IMG/VR virus record: IMGVR_UViG_3300009155_000038
Length of the DNA stretch: 64,000 bases
Source of the DNA: a virus
Reading direction: 5' to 3' (one strand)
The translations under genes and the position numbers were made by a program. Each line of letters begins with the position of its first letter. Positions within the stretch are counted from its first letter, which is position 1. Shown piece by piece: positions 35,691 through 45,200 of the stretch. The notes below the pieces were generated by a model. That model saw only the letters and a list, made by a program, of their open reading frames with translations, was not told the origin of the DNA and did not search any database.

Positions 35691-36332
35691 TTACTTTTTC
35701 TTTACGTGCTCGATGCCAGCGTTGGTTGTTTGAATCAGCAGGATCAGAATAAACGCCGCGTCTACTACGTTATCGATACCGGTAGATTTGTACTTATCGG
35801 CATTGAACGCAGCGCCAAAGTTTTTGTTGGCCGCGGCAATCATTTCTTCTTTGCTTGCCTTGCCGTTACCGGTGGCGAACTTTTTAATTGTACTGATAGC
35901 AAAACCGTTGCATAGCATGTTGCCTTCTTCGGCCCATGTTGCCACGGTTACCTTCATGCCGCCCAGTACCTCAGACGCTGTAGCAACACGAGAAAGTACA
36001 GCCGGAATACCGAATTTTTTGTTAACGAAGAACTCTTTCGGCGGCGTGTACTTCACGTCTTCGTAACCCAGCACGTCGGGATTCACGACGTTTAAAAACG
36101 CCCGGAGCCGCACGAAACGAGCGGCTTTGGATTCCAGCCCCTGCGGCGAGAGATCCCACTGGAACAACTGCAGTTTTTCCTGCAGCAGCTTTTTGCCGGG
36201 GATGTGGTCGTAGATACCTACGCCGCAGTTGCTACCAAGATCGAGCCCAATAAACCGGATTGCGTCGTCTGACTTCTTTGCCAACTTGGCCCGGAACTGA
36301 TCCGGGTCTTTGTACATCCTGTACTTCGGCAT
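35691..36332 (-). CDS. ruvC: RuvC-like Holliday junction resolvase
   Basis: IGLDLG (D7), LGYEDV (E66), IKKFATGNGKASKEEM and DNVVDA; acidic catalytic residues present. Start moved to ATG 36332. Confidence 0.8.
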   Translation of the reverse strand: MPKYRMYKDPDQFRAKLAKKSDDAIRFIGLDLGSNCGVGIYDHIPGKKLLQEKLQLFQWDLSPQGLESKAARFVRLRAFLNVVNPDVLGYEDVKYTPPKEFFVNKKFGIPAVLSRVATASEVLGGMKVTVATWAEEGNMLCNGFAISTIKKFATGNGKASKEEMIAAANKNFGAAFNADKYKSTGIDNVVDAAFILILLIQTTNAGIEHVKKK

Positions 36333-36342
36333 TATTTGCTTT

Positions 36343-37002
36343 CTATCGGCTGGGCCTAAATATTTCTCGAACTCGTTGCAGCAGCGTCTTAGGTTGTACA
36401 GCTGCAACTGACTGTGTCGTCATTTGTGCGGCTGCAAGCTTTTCGCGTGTGGCTTCAAGCTCTTTATACATCACGTTTAGTCTTGCCTGCAATACGTCGT
36501 TGCGCATTCGCAAATGATCCGCTGCAAAATCTGCGTCGTACGTTGGCGCACCTGTCGCCTCCGCAAACACTCTTACGGCCGAAGAGAACCTCGCCATATT
36601 TGTCTGCGCAGGTGATTCTTCGCCAATAACAGAAACTTCGCGTACAGCCAAGAACCAAGCGGCGCAGCATACCTCACCAATCGCAGCAAACAATACCTGC
36701 CGCAGTGGGTAGCTGAATTCCACAAAGTTCCGTCGGGCCAGAGCCTGCTCAAAACTAGTCACAGGATCTGCGGCATTTACAAAGTCTCGTTGCGCTGCCG
36801 CGAGAGCTTCAGCAATTTTGACGACGTCGGTTTCTTTGATGTTGTGTTTTTCGTACCACTCGGTCGCTTCTGGAGACAGCGCCGCAAGATCCAGATTTTC
36901 AATAGCGCGTGTCATTAGCGTTGGCGTGATGTAAGCATAGTCCCGATCTGGATTATACATCGGGCCATTATCGCCTTTTTGCCTGTAGCCAATTGAGCCC
37001 AT
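36343..37002 (-). CDS. Hypothetical protein with C-terminal coiled coil
   Basis: 219-aa ORF; heptad-like LQARLNVMYKELEATREKL. Confidence 0.65.
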   Translation of the reverse strand: MGSIGYRQKGDNGPMYNPDRDYAYITPTLMTRAIENLDLAALSPEATEWYEKHNIKETDVVKIAEALAAAQRDFVNAADPVTSFEQALARRNFVEFSYPLRQVLFAAIGEVCCAAWFLAVREVSVIGEESPAQTNMARFSSAVRVFAEATGAPTYDADFAADHLRMRNDVLQARLNVMYKELEATREKLAAAQMTTQSVAAVQPKTLLQRVREIFRPSR

Positions 37003-37026
37003 AACGAGTCCTTTCTTTTGAAATAG

Positions 37027-37875
37027 TTATTGCGCTGTTGCGCGGTGACTACTTACATGCTGACAACGTATACACATAAGACCGCTATCTTCTGGATCAA
37101 AAAAGCCGTTCATCTTGCAGTTCTCGCAATAGCGCGATTCGTACGTTTTAGGATGCACGGCATGCTCGCAGAGATCATGGCCAACGAAACAACTCACGCA
37201 CGAATGGTCGTATCCCTGCGGGCAAGGCTGTGCACGGCAACGAACTTCCAGCAGACCACGATTGGCTTTAATCATGCTGCCGGTGGCGCTGACCCGCGAA
37301 AAATATGGCGTTTCGCCACTACGCCCGGCGTCGATATGCGCAAAGAAAAGCAGATTCACAAAGTGCATCGGCGTCGTATAGGGATACTGACCCCACGGCG
37401 CCGAGAACCCCAATGAGCGCGAAATAGCCCGGCAATTACCGTCAGACAGAAACTGCGTAAAACCCATCGGGCACGGTGTGCCAGCAAGCGCCCGACAAAA
37501 CAATAGATGCCCGGAGTTATTCTTACGGAAATACGGTTGCACGCTTTCGACGCAAACAGGTACTTGCTCGTCGGCGATTTGTCGCGTCCACGGCAGAACC
37601 GGCAACCCGTCGATAAGCTTGTCAACATTGCCGGCCAACCGCCACGCCAGCGACTTCGCCGCCGAGCTTGTCAATATCGTGCCGGCCAGCGCGCGAACAG
37701 AATCAAACACAGCCGTTCGCACAGCTGTTTCCGGCATCTCCGCCATGATATCTTTACTCATATCGTAGACAATTGTGCCGACAATATGCGCGTCAATATA
37801 TGGACGGAGTGCGCGGGTAAACAGCTTGTCGCGGCGGGCTTTAACTCTCTGGTAGCTAAACGCTGCTTGATGCAT
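37027..37875 (-). CDS. Hypothetical protein with Cys-rich (probable Zn-binding) C-terminus
   Basis: CRAQPCP...CVSC...C...CENC...CIRC in the last 75 aa. Confidence 0.65.
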   Translation of the reverse strand: MHQAAFSYQRVKARRDKLFTRALRPYIDAHIVGTIVYDMSKDIMAEMPETAVRTAVFDSVRALAGTILTSSAAKSLAWRLAGNVDKLIDGLPVLPWTRQIADEQVPVCVESVQPYFRKNNSGHLLFCRALAGTPCPMGFTQFLSDGNCRAISRSLGFSAPWGQYPYTTPMHFVNLLFFAHIDAGRSGETPYFSRVSATGSMIKANRGLLEVRCRAQPCPQGYDHSCVSCFVGHDLCEHAVHPKTYESRYCENCKMNGFFDPEDSGLMCIRCQHVSSHRATAQ

Positions 37876-38425
37876 TTTCGCCCTGCTGCTCCGTGGCTTC
37901 CGGTGCGGCCGCTGTGAACTTACGCGTCGGGTTATTAGCTTCCCACGCTGCCTTAGCCTTGCTGCTCGTCTCCTCTGTCAACGTAGCGATGTTCTTGACA
38001 GCCGCTGCTTCTTGCTCAAGCTGACCAATAATAGACCCAAGCTCGCCGGACAAGAGGTTAGCGATATCGCCAACACAGATGACATTTTTAACTACAGCCT
38101 CGGCCGTAGCGCCATCGACGCCGTCCTTGACTGTTTGAAACTTGAAAACAATCTCAGAAATCTTGAGCGATGGCGGCAGCGGATCATTGAAAGACTTGCC
38201 GTTTAGTTCGTTGGTAAGAGCTTTCAATGCCTCGAACCGCGTGTACATCTCTTCAATTTTTACCGCTGAGTTCTTGATCAGCTCACCAGCGTTTACGCGG
38301 ACTTCAGTCTGCGTCTGCGTGGCTTGTAGCGCTTTTGCCAGTGCAGAAGCATCAAGCCGAACAGGTACGTTGATGCTGGATGGGGCTTCTGTCTTAATCG
38401 CGTCTACAACTGTCGGTTGCGCCAT
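37856..38425 (-). CDS. Hypothetical coiled-coil protein
   Basis: 189-aa ORF with an RBS (aaaggag) upstream. Confidence 0.65.
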   Translation of the reverse strand: MAQPTVVDAIKTEAPSSINVPVRLDASALAKALQATQTQTEVRVNAGELIKNSAVKIEEMYTRFEALKALTNELNGKSFNDPLPPSLKISEIVFKFQTVKDGVDGATAEAVVKNVICVGDIANLLSGELGSIIGQLEQEAAAVKNIATLTEETSSKAKAAWEANNPTRKFTAAAPEATEQQGENASSSV

Positions 38426-38436
38426 AATTTACTCCT

Positions 38437-38841
38437 TTAGGCTGTGACTACTGCAAAACCAAACCAATACCGTAACCCGGTATTGATATCTGTATCAGAA
38501 TCGTACAAAAGTTCAACTGGGTTGCCCGTCGCCACATATAAGTGCGTAATTCCTTGCGGCAAATATGCGGCGCAGGACAGCCCCACATGCAGAGGAAAAG
38601 CTAACGCCAAATCCGCAGACGGATTTAACGTATACGAAAACAACGGAACACGAATGTACTCATCAGCGCCGGCATTCGACCACTGCGGTGGTGTTTCAGA
38701 AACAAATGGCGCCGACAAAATCTGCCAGTTTAACGCGCCAAGTTTTGTGCGCTTCTTAACGATTGCTGGCTCAAACGGCATGTCTGCCGGCCAACGCTCT
38801 TTCGTCTTAAGCATGTCGAGTTGCTCAACTATCAGTTTCAT
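38437..38841 (-). CDS. Hypothetical protein
   Basis: 134-aa ORF overlapping the upstream stop. Confidence 0.55.
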   Translation of the reverse strand: MKLIVEQLDMLKTKERWPADMPFEPAIVKKRTKLGALNWQILSAPFVSETPPQWSNAGADEYIRVPLFSYTLNPSADLALAFPLHVGLSCAAYLPQGITHLYVATGNPVELLYDSDTDINTGLRYWFGFAVVTA

Positions 38842-39565
38842 TTGGATGATAAAACCCTATTGGTTTTTCGTCGTTACCGCGTTTTGACGCAGCAGCTTCT
38901 ACACCAGAATCGTTTGCATTGATCCAAACGCCGTCACGAAAATGACAGATAGCCAAGTCCTGTTGTCTACACAGTTCGCCCAGCATGACGTCGACACCGC
39001 GATGCCGAAAGTTTACCGCGGGCCAGTCGAACTGCTGAAGAACAGACGACCGAATCGCCCACCAGCTGCCGGACACAAACTGCACATATGGCTGCGGTTC
39101 TTTGCCGTTGTACCATGGCTGCGCTTTAATCCAGTCAGGCTGATTACCGGCCAGCCGTGTCTTATAGACGGAGCCAGCCAAGCTGCAGCAGTCTAACTGT
39201 TTTTTGAGCCGTGGCAACCACTTGTCGGGCTCATTATCCGGGGCCAGACAAGAATCATCGTCGAACCACATGGTCACCGGCGCCGTCATAGGTTGCGCCA
39301 GAAATAGACGCCGCATCAACGGATATTTATGCATGTTGTGCGGCGAGTCAACCAAAACTGCCTGCCGGAAATGACGGCCTATTTGCTCTCGAACGAACTG
39401 CCGGGTCCTATCACCGACGGCGTTACAACCGAAGCGAAATTCAACGTTCTGCTCGGCCAGCTTGCGCATTGGGTCGTTTAACACCCGCTGCGCAAGTTTA
39501 AAGCAATAGTCGTCGTGCCCGTAAAACAATACGCACACACAGACATCAGCGGGTCCATCCGCCAT
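38825..39565 (-). CDS. GT-A fold glycosyltransferase-like protein
   Basis: VCVCVLFYG first strand, N.HKYPLMR, MWFDDDS (DxD), F.SG.WWAIR and GVDVMLG. Confidence 0.65.
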   Translation of the reverse strand: MADGPADVCVCVLFYGHDDYCFKLAQRVLNDPMRKLAEQNVEFRFGCNAVGDRTRQFVREQIGRHFRQAVLVDSPHNMHKYPLMRRLFLAQPMTAPVTMWFDDDSCLAPDNEPDKWLPRLKKQLDCCSLAGSVYKTRLAGNQPDWIKAQPWYNGKEPQPYVQFVSGSWWAIRSSVLQQFDWPAVNFRHRGVDVMLGELCRQQDLAICHFRDGVWINANDSGVEAAASKRGNDEKPIGFYHPNETDS

Positions 39566-39595
39566 AGTCGGCTCCGTCCGGCAGGCAATTTTTGG

Positions 39596-40144
39596 TTACA
39601 GCTTTACGTTGCTGCGTTGCGATCTCGCCACGGCGACCGGAAGTATAACCGGGGCTGTGCGAGAGCGCGCTAGGAAATTAAGGGCTTTCACGACCTCATT
39701 CATATCAGGCGTGTCACCATTAGTTACATCCTTCACAGCTTTGTTAATCAGCTCTACGAACTTCGTGCGATCTTTGGCTGCGCTAAAATTAAATCGCACT
39801 GAAAACTGCGTAACTGTCTTACCAGCATGTTCCGCTGCAACATCGTTTTTCTCCCAAGACTTGTTAGTGTTGTTTCGCGTATACACTGTCGTCAGCCGAC
39901 CAAGAAAATCGTAGATAATAAGAACCGAAGATTTGTCTAAATCTTCCAGCAGAGAAAACACGTGCGGAAACTTTGTCGACGGAATAAACGGTAGCTGCTC
40001 AATAGTTGTTTTATCTAAGTTCACTCGCTGCAATTGAACCGGAAACATACGGTCGCCCAACTTTTCGTCGACAACCGCAAACTCCGACTCAAGACATCCA
40101 ACCCCGGGCTCGATTACCACGGGGACATTCCTCACAGAAAACAT
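39596..40144 (-). CDS. Hypothetical protein
   Basis: ATG 40144 (alternative GTG 40159); 182 aa. Confidence 0.6.
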   Translation of the reverse strand: MFSVRNVPVVIEPGVGCLESEFAVVDEKLGDRMFPVQLQRVNLDKTTIEQLPFIPSTKFPHVFSLLEDLDKSSVLIIYDFLGRLTTVYTRNNTNKSWEKNDVAAEHAGKTVTQFSVRFNFSAAKDRTKFVELINKAVKDVTNGDTPDMNEVVKALNFLARSRTAPVILPVAVARSQRSNVKL

Positions 40145-40155
40145 GTTGTCGCCTT

Positions 40156-41043
40156 TCACCTTGTGATATTTGAACGCGTCTTCTTACGCTGAGTCGGGGC
40201 TTCATCCACTTCTTCGTCGCTCTCTTCACGACGATCCAGTTCTTGGTTGACCTTACGACACATGCCAACGTGATCGGAAATCAGATCACCCAGCTTGTCG
40301 AAATTTTCAACGATCTCGATCAAGTAACCCCGCACTGTCTCGTCCAACCTCGTCGGCGACGCGTTCACGATGTCGTCATAGATGTTGTCCTTGTTCTCGG
40401 TTAGCCACAGATTTTCCGACCGGGCGATAAACCGGCGCTGATGCTGCAGCAAGTCATGAATCTGCTGCTTCAGGCCCTTCGGCGCCCTGTGTGTCCTGCC
40501 ACTGTTCTTCTGCTTACCGCGCAGCTCCTGCAGCTCTGTCGCCAAAGCTCGGGCTGTGTATGCCTCTTCGGCACACTTCTCTTCAATCGTCGTACGCTGC
40601 GACTCGTCGGTGATCTGAGCCAGCAGCTGTACGTGAGACGTTGTCAGACGCCACCGCGGCCTATCGGGGCACCGCAGACTCAGCAGCCGCGTGATCTCGC
40701 CCTCGGTGGGATACTTCTCAAAGAAGTTCACGGCACCGCGCAGCTGCTCGGACGTGTACACCGGCGCGAAAATCGACACCAGCAACGACGCCCCGTCCAC
40801 ATGAGACGATTGCTGCTGCGCCGTCAGGTACCGCTCCGGGTTGTTTTTGACCTCGGAGATTCGGTGACCCACGCGCCAGTACGCCGTCAGGCTGGCCACC
40901 TGAATGTCACCGAACAAATTGTCAATCTCAGAGACGATCTCCTGCAAAGCCGGCGTCAGATTTTCGTGGCGAATCAGCTGCTGCTGACTGTTGTCCACAA
41001 TCTCCGCCTGTAATGCCAAAGCCGCCTTTGATTTCCTACCCAT
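40156..41043 (-). CDS. DUF1016 N-terminal-like (YhcG-like) helical DNA-binding protein
   Basis: AYWRVGHRI...RLTTSHVQLL.QITDE.QR...E....E.YTARAL..ELQ resembles the YW.IG..I / LSWSH / WS.R.L pattern. Confidence 0.5.
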   Translation of the reverse strand: MGRKSKAALALQAEIVDNSQQQLIRHENLTPALQEIVSEIDNLFGDIQVASLTAYWRVGHRISEVKNNPERYLTAQQQSSHVDGASLLVSIFAPVYTSEQLRGAVNFFEKYPTEGEITRLLSLRCPDRPRWRLTTSHVQLLAQITDESQRTTIEEKCAEEAYTARALATELQELRGKQKNSGRTHRAPKGLKQQIHDLLQHQRRFIARSENLWLTENKDNIYDDIVNASPTRLDETVRGYLIEIVENFDKLGDLISDHVGMCRKVNQELDRREESDEEVDEAPTQRKKTRSNITR

Positions 41044-41073
41044 TGCATTCCTCCATAAATAAATGGCCTAAAC

Positions 41074-42216
41074 CTACTTACGTTTTTCGGTTTTTACCGG
41101 TGGTATCAATAACTTCATTGCGGTCGTTTGAAGCACATCACGCACGCCGTGATACTGATTCTTTGAACACCGCAAGAGCGAACAAAACAAGTCGTAGCCG
41201 CTTCGAGAACCTAGCGTCTCTTTCGCGTAGGCGTCGAGCGGATCTCTAGGGGCCAGATCAGAACCAACCATGGCTGCATTCTTCAGCACACGTTTAGCCT
41301 CTTCTTTGGCAATCTTGAATTTCATCAAGGTTGTTGCCCAAGAAGCATGTGCCGCGTCATTGGTGGTCTTGTCGTCAGAGAAACCCAGCTGGATATGCGC
41401 CAACCGGTGAATCTGCTTTGCCACCAGATTCATGTCGATCTCTTTCTCTGCCGCCCTAGATATCAAAATCGCCGTGCGCCCAGACAGGTCAGCGCCCATG
41501 TGCGCTAATCTGGCCGCAGCGTGCGGAGGCTCTACAGCTATGCCAAATCGCGTGTAGATGCACGTCGAGGCGTGAATGGCATTGCCCACGTCTTCTCGGT
41601 TAGAAAAACACCAGCCAGACGCGAACGTGTGCCGCGGGTCTGAATAGATATCAGTACGCCGTGTAGCCGGGTTGATGAAGTAAAGCCGTAAGGCTCGCCC
41701 CACCAGCTCTGCCCGCGAGAACTCGGCGTTTGGCTGCTTATCGAACAGCTCGTTCGTCACGATATTCAGAAACGTGCTGTTTTCGAGCAGGCGGTGATCG
41801 AGGCCCAAAAAACCCTCCACCGCCTGCTCTTTGTGATTAACTAGCAGACTGCGCTCACGCAACGCCTCAAACCGGACCCGCAGCGTGATGTTGTATATGT
41901 TCACAGCTGCGGCGATGTCTGTCGCCCGCTCTTCTAGCTCCATGCCCCGCATGCTTTCGCCAGACAGCTCGGTGAACAAGCCGTTTAGCCCAGTAGCTAG
42001 CGTGCCGGCCAACGCTGCAAAACCAATAGCGTTGAACCTGTAACCAGTCTCGCGCAGTCTGCCATCAGCCGTCATGGCCAGCTGCGCTTCGTCCACCACG
42101 GGAACGATCTCAGTGTTGGCAGCTCGGGTGGCTAGAAACTCTTTGCAGTCTTCGAACTGCGTTGCTGTAAACGCAAACGCCGACACGGGCGCAAAGAGAC
42201 TTCCGGCATTATGCAT
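41074..42216 (-). CDS. Hypothetical protein, possibly DUF932-like
   Basis: Start moved to ATG 42216. Pattern of YRF...F..L, N.T.L..V, GW.FSN.E.VG..I and a helical C-terminus; weak recall only. Confidence 0.4.
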   Translation of the reverse strand: MHNAGSLFAPVSAFAFTATQFEDCKEFLATRAANTEIVPVVDEAQLAMTADGRLRETGYRFNAIGFAALAGTLATGLNGLFTELSGESMRGMELEERATDIAAAVNIYNITLRVRFEALRERSLLVNHKEQAVEGFLGLDHRLLENSTFLNIVTNELFDKQPNAEFSRAELVGRALRLYFINPATRRTDIYSDPRHTFASGWCFSNREDVGNAIHASTCIYTRFGIAVEPPHAAARLAHMGADLSGRTAILISRAAEKEIDMNLVAKQIHRLAHIQLGFSDDKTTNDAAHASWATTLMKFKIAKEEAKRVLKNAAMVGSDLAPRDPLDAYAKETLGSRSGYDLFCSLLRCSKNQYHGVRDVLQTTAMKLLIPPVKTEKRK

Positions 42217-42232
42217 AGCCCGCGCCACAGCA

Positions 42233-42790
42233 TTACTCCGCGCACCACTCTGGGCCAATAGTCTGAAACAGAGAGATTGTCGGCTCAATGAACAGCACGG
42301 TGTTGTTCGCTGGCCGAAACGATGCCCGCCACTGAACACGGGAGTGATCCCCGGTTTCGGTGTCGATGTTGTGGGCGCAGAACATGGTCTTCACGACGGG
42401 GAACACAAACACAAACGGATGAGAAGAATTGACCCCCTGCCGGTGTAGGTTGGTAGCTACAGCGGCGGCTAACCGGTTCTTGACTTTACCCGGATTCTTG
42501 AAGATGTCCAGCATTGTCAGCTCATGTAGCCGCGGAATTCTTCTACCGCACAACACGCCCGGGAAATGACGATATGTCGAATTGAACCAGTTAAAGTTCA
42601 GATTCTGATGCCCGGTGATATGCCGGCATTCATTTACTAATCTTCCCCATGCTGTGCGTTTTGCCCCGCACTCCGTAAACACGCGCTTGATAGTGCGCTC
42701 TTCATACGCCAACTGCCGCTGCTCTCTAATCGCATCGGCATTGGCGCTGTTTTCATTAAACAGCTCGCCAAAGAATTGATCGCGGTCCAT
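42233..42790 (-). CDS. Hypothetical protein
   Basis: 185-aa ORF, ATG 3 nt after the upstream stop. Confidence 0.6.
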   Translation of the reverse strand: MDRDQFFGELFNENSANADAIREQRQLAYEERTIKRVFTECGAKRTAWGRLVNECRHITGHQNLNFNWFNSTYRHFPGVLCGRRIPRLHELTMLDIFKNPGKVKNRLAAAVATNLHRQGVNSSHPFVFVFPVVKTMFCAHNIDTETGDHSRVQWRASFRPANNTVLFIEPTISLFQTIGPEWCAE

Positions 42791-42793
42791 GTG

Positions 42794-43006
42794 TTACTCA
42801 ATCGTGATGCCGTGTGAGTTACGGATTACGTCACGTATTTCCTGCAAGTGCCGGTCAATCTCTTCGGGCAGATTGCCGTGCTTGATCAGCCCACGACAGT
42901 GCTGGTCAATCTCCCAGATCAAACTACGCGCGGCTTGCCCCTCAACAGCCGCCGTAAATTCAGCCTGTTCTTCAGGCAAGTCAAATGACAAAGTAGCTTT
43001 AGGCAT
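42794..43006 (-). CDS. Small conserved phage protein
   Basis: MPKATLSFDLPEE..EF..AV.G......W.IDQ..R..IKHG pattern common in aquatic phages. Confidence 0.65.
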   Translation of the reverse strand: MPKATLSFDLPEEQAEFTAAVEGQAARSLIWEIDQHCRGLIKHGNLPEEIDRHLQEIRDVIRNSHGITIE

Positions 43007-43018
43007 AATACACCTTGT

Positions 43019-43357
43019 TTATGAGAAATCAGGCGCCTTGTCAGCCGTCATTTCAAACTTGATGTGATCTGCGGCATTCTCCGTCAGAATACCGCGATAG
43101 GTAAACGCCGTAAGTGACTGGTTAGCCACTTCCGGGTTTGGATAAGTCAGCGCGACATACCAGTGGCAGACATCCCCGCCGGATTCGTTTTGCACCTTTT
43201 TGTAAAACCCAATGCCGTGCTCGTAATAAAGATCTGGATATAACTTTGCCGTGGTTTCTTCATCTGGCTCGTCGGCCGGCACGTTTTGACCGTGCAACGG
43301 CCCGCCAAAACACGCCATCATAGGAACGTTAGATTCTTCGTTTGTTTCAGTTGTCAT
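43019..43357 (-). CDS. Hypothetical protein with GGPxxG motif
   Basis: FGGPLHGQ; coupled to the recA stop (TGATG). Confidence 0.6.
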   Translation of the reverse strand: MTTETNEESNVPMMACFGGPLHGQNVPADEPDEETTAKLYPDLYYEHGIGFYKKVQNESGGDVCHWYVALTYPNPEVANQSLTAFTYRGILTENAADHIKFEMTADKAPDFS

Positions 43358-44730
43358 CAGTCAACTTGTCCTAGTGGGTCAAAATCGGTCGGGATGATCT
43401 CGCTGACAGCGCTCGACGCCGCCATCAGCTCGGGAACGTCGGTCATGGCGTTCTTCTGCAGCTCGGCCATAACCTGCTCACGGAACCTACGCGCCGGGTC
43501 ACAGACGGGATACTCATTCACGCCCAGCAGACCGTGAAGCAGACCCATGACCTTCTTGTTGCTCTCCAACGCCATCGACGCTTCAACCTCTGACAGCGCT
43601 TCCTGCTTGGAGATGCCTAGAGCCGTGGAATACACCAGCGGCACCTCAGCATTCTTGGTGCCGTGCTTGTATTCCAGATCGCACACCTGCCGGAGAAGCG
43701 CCGGCAGCTTAGGATCAGTGCCCGGCTGCGGCTTTCGGTCCGCGGCCTGCAAGTCCAGCAATAGCCGGATCGTGGCTGTGTGCCAGTCCCAGTAATGGTA
43801 CTGCTTGTTAGTGTACGTCTCGTCGCCATTAGCGTCCCGGCCGGCAACGATGTCGTTGTACCACATGAGGTTAACAACGATCTTGCGACCCGGAGCGCCA
43901 AGGTTGTTCTTGGTCGCCGAGATACGCACTGACTGGCCCTCATACCGACCACCGGTGATGTTCTTGGCTGATGCCTTGGACATGTCCAGAATTAAGGTCG
44001 GGTAATAGTCAAGCGAGGCGCCGCCCGGAGCGTACTTCTTGGGCGGGCCAAATCCCATAGAGTTAATTTCCTCCTTGAGATGATTCGTGGCCACCAGCGC
44101 GATGGGATAGTGCCGCAGTGTGGGCACCAGTGCCGTACGCATAAAGTCAGACAAGTTACGGGCCAGATACGGATGGCCAGCGGCAGCATGACCCTCGTCA
44201 GCCACCTTCTCAACGCGGCGATCAACCTCGACGGCCGAGATCGAGTCCACGCCGATACAAATAGGAATAACCCGCTCAGGGGCATTCTCCGCATCAATCT
44301 GCTTATGAATCGCTTGGCAGAAGCCCATGTACTTCTTCTGCCACTCTTCCACACTCGCAGCCGTCGTGACCTTCGTGCGGGCCATGTACTGCTGGTTGTG
44401 CCCGAACAAGCCAGACATCATCGTCGGGCTGCCCTTGTTCTCTGTGTCGATCATGATCGCACCGCCGCCATAGACATGGAACCAGCGCATGATCTCAATC
44501 AGGAACGCAGACTTGCCGGCGCTGAACTCGCCGCGGAGCTGGGTGAACCGACTCAGCGGGAAGATGTTCGCCTGCAACAGATAGCGTGCCGCTAATGACG
44601 GCAGCGGCAGGCCGATCAGCGGATCGTTATCCTCTGCGGCAGCTTTGAGCACTTCCGTAAACATCGGGTGCTCGCCGTTGCGGGCGTGGATATCAACTGA
44701 TTCGTTTGTTTCCTTACGTTTCCTGCCCAT
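43357..44730 (-). CDS. recA: RecA/UvsX-like recombinase with long C-terminal extension
   Basis: Walker A GEFSAGKS, MIDTEN, Walker B IGVDSISA, LVATNHLKE, YAPGGASLDY and ATKNNLGAP. Confidence 0.85.
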   Translation of the reverse strand: MGRKRKETNESVDIHARNGEHPMFTEVLKAAAEDNDPLIGLPLPSLAARYLLQANIFPLSRFTQLRGEFSAGKSAFLIEIMRWFHVYGGGAIMIDTENKGSPTMMSGLFGHNQQYMARTKVTTAASVEEWQKKYMGFCQAIHKQIDAENAPERVIPICIGVDSISAVEVDRRVEKVADEGHAAAGHPYLARNLSDFMRTALVPTLRHYPIALVATNHLKEEINSMGFGPPKKYAPGGASLDYYPTLILDMSKASAKNITGGRYEGQSVRISATKNNLGAPGRKIVVNLMWYNDIVAGRDANGDETYTNKQYHYWDWHTATIRLLLDLQAADRKPQPGTDPKLPALLRQVCDLEYKHGTKNAEVPLVYSTALGISKQEALSEVEASMALESNKKVMGLLHGLLGVNEYPVCDPARRFREQVMAELQKNAMTDVPELMAASSAVSEIIPTDFDPLGQVD

Positions 44731-44751
44731 AATTTTTTTCTCTGAGTGTGG

Positions 44752-45096
44752 CTATACAGTTTCAACTTTATTTTTGGCGAACGGACCGGGAAAGAACTTG
44801 ATCAGGTACGCGTCATGTTCGTACTTTTCAGCTTCATCTTGCATCGCCGGCGGATAGACCCCGTACGTGACAACTGCGCGCAACAAATCAAAATACCGAT
44901 CTGTGACGTAATCAACGGTACACGCGTAACTAGTTTTGATATACGGTGTAAATTCTCTATACCGCAACGTAACTAGCCGGCCGACCGGCGGTAAAACTGC
45001 GGCCTCATCTGCCGCGGATAAATAACAGCCATTTGCGCCGTCAACCCAGCCGTGTTTAGTCAAGTGATAAATGTTGGTGTAGCTATCAGCCGACAT
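44752..45096 (-). CDS. Hypothetical protein
   Basis: ATG 45096 with an acggag RBS; 114 aa. Confidence 0.6.
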   Translation of the reverse strand: MSADSYTNIYHLTKHGWVDGANGCYLSAADEAAVLPPVGRLVTLRYREFTPYIKTSYACTVDYVTDRYFDLLRAVVTYGVYPPAMQDEAEKYEHDAYLIKFFPGPFAKNKVETV

Positions 45097-45126
45097 TGTT
45101 ATCTCCGTAAAGATATGAAATCCACA

Positions 45127-45180
45127 CCGCGGGGCCCTCATAACCGCTTGCGACAGTTATGCAGGAAGTGGGCCCCGCGG
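45127..45180. other. GC-rich intergenic stem-loop
   Basis: Perfect 11-bp stem ccgcggggccc / gggccccgcgg enclosing a 6-bp cataac / gttatg stem; no U-tract. Confidence 0.6.
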
Positions 45181-45200
45181 CATGGAGAACGAATACTGAA

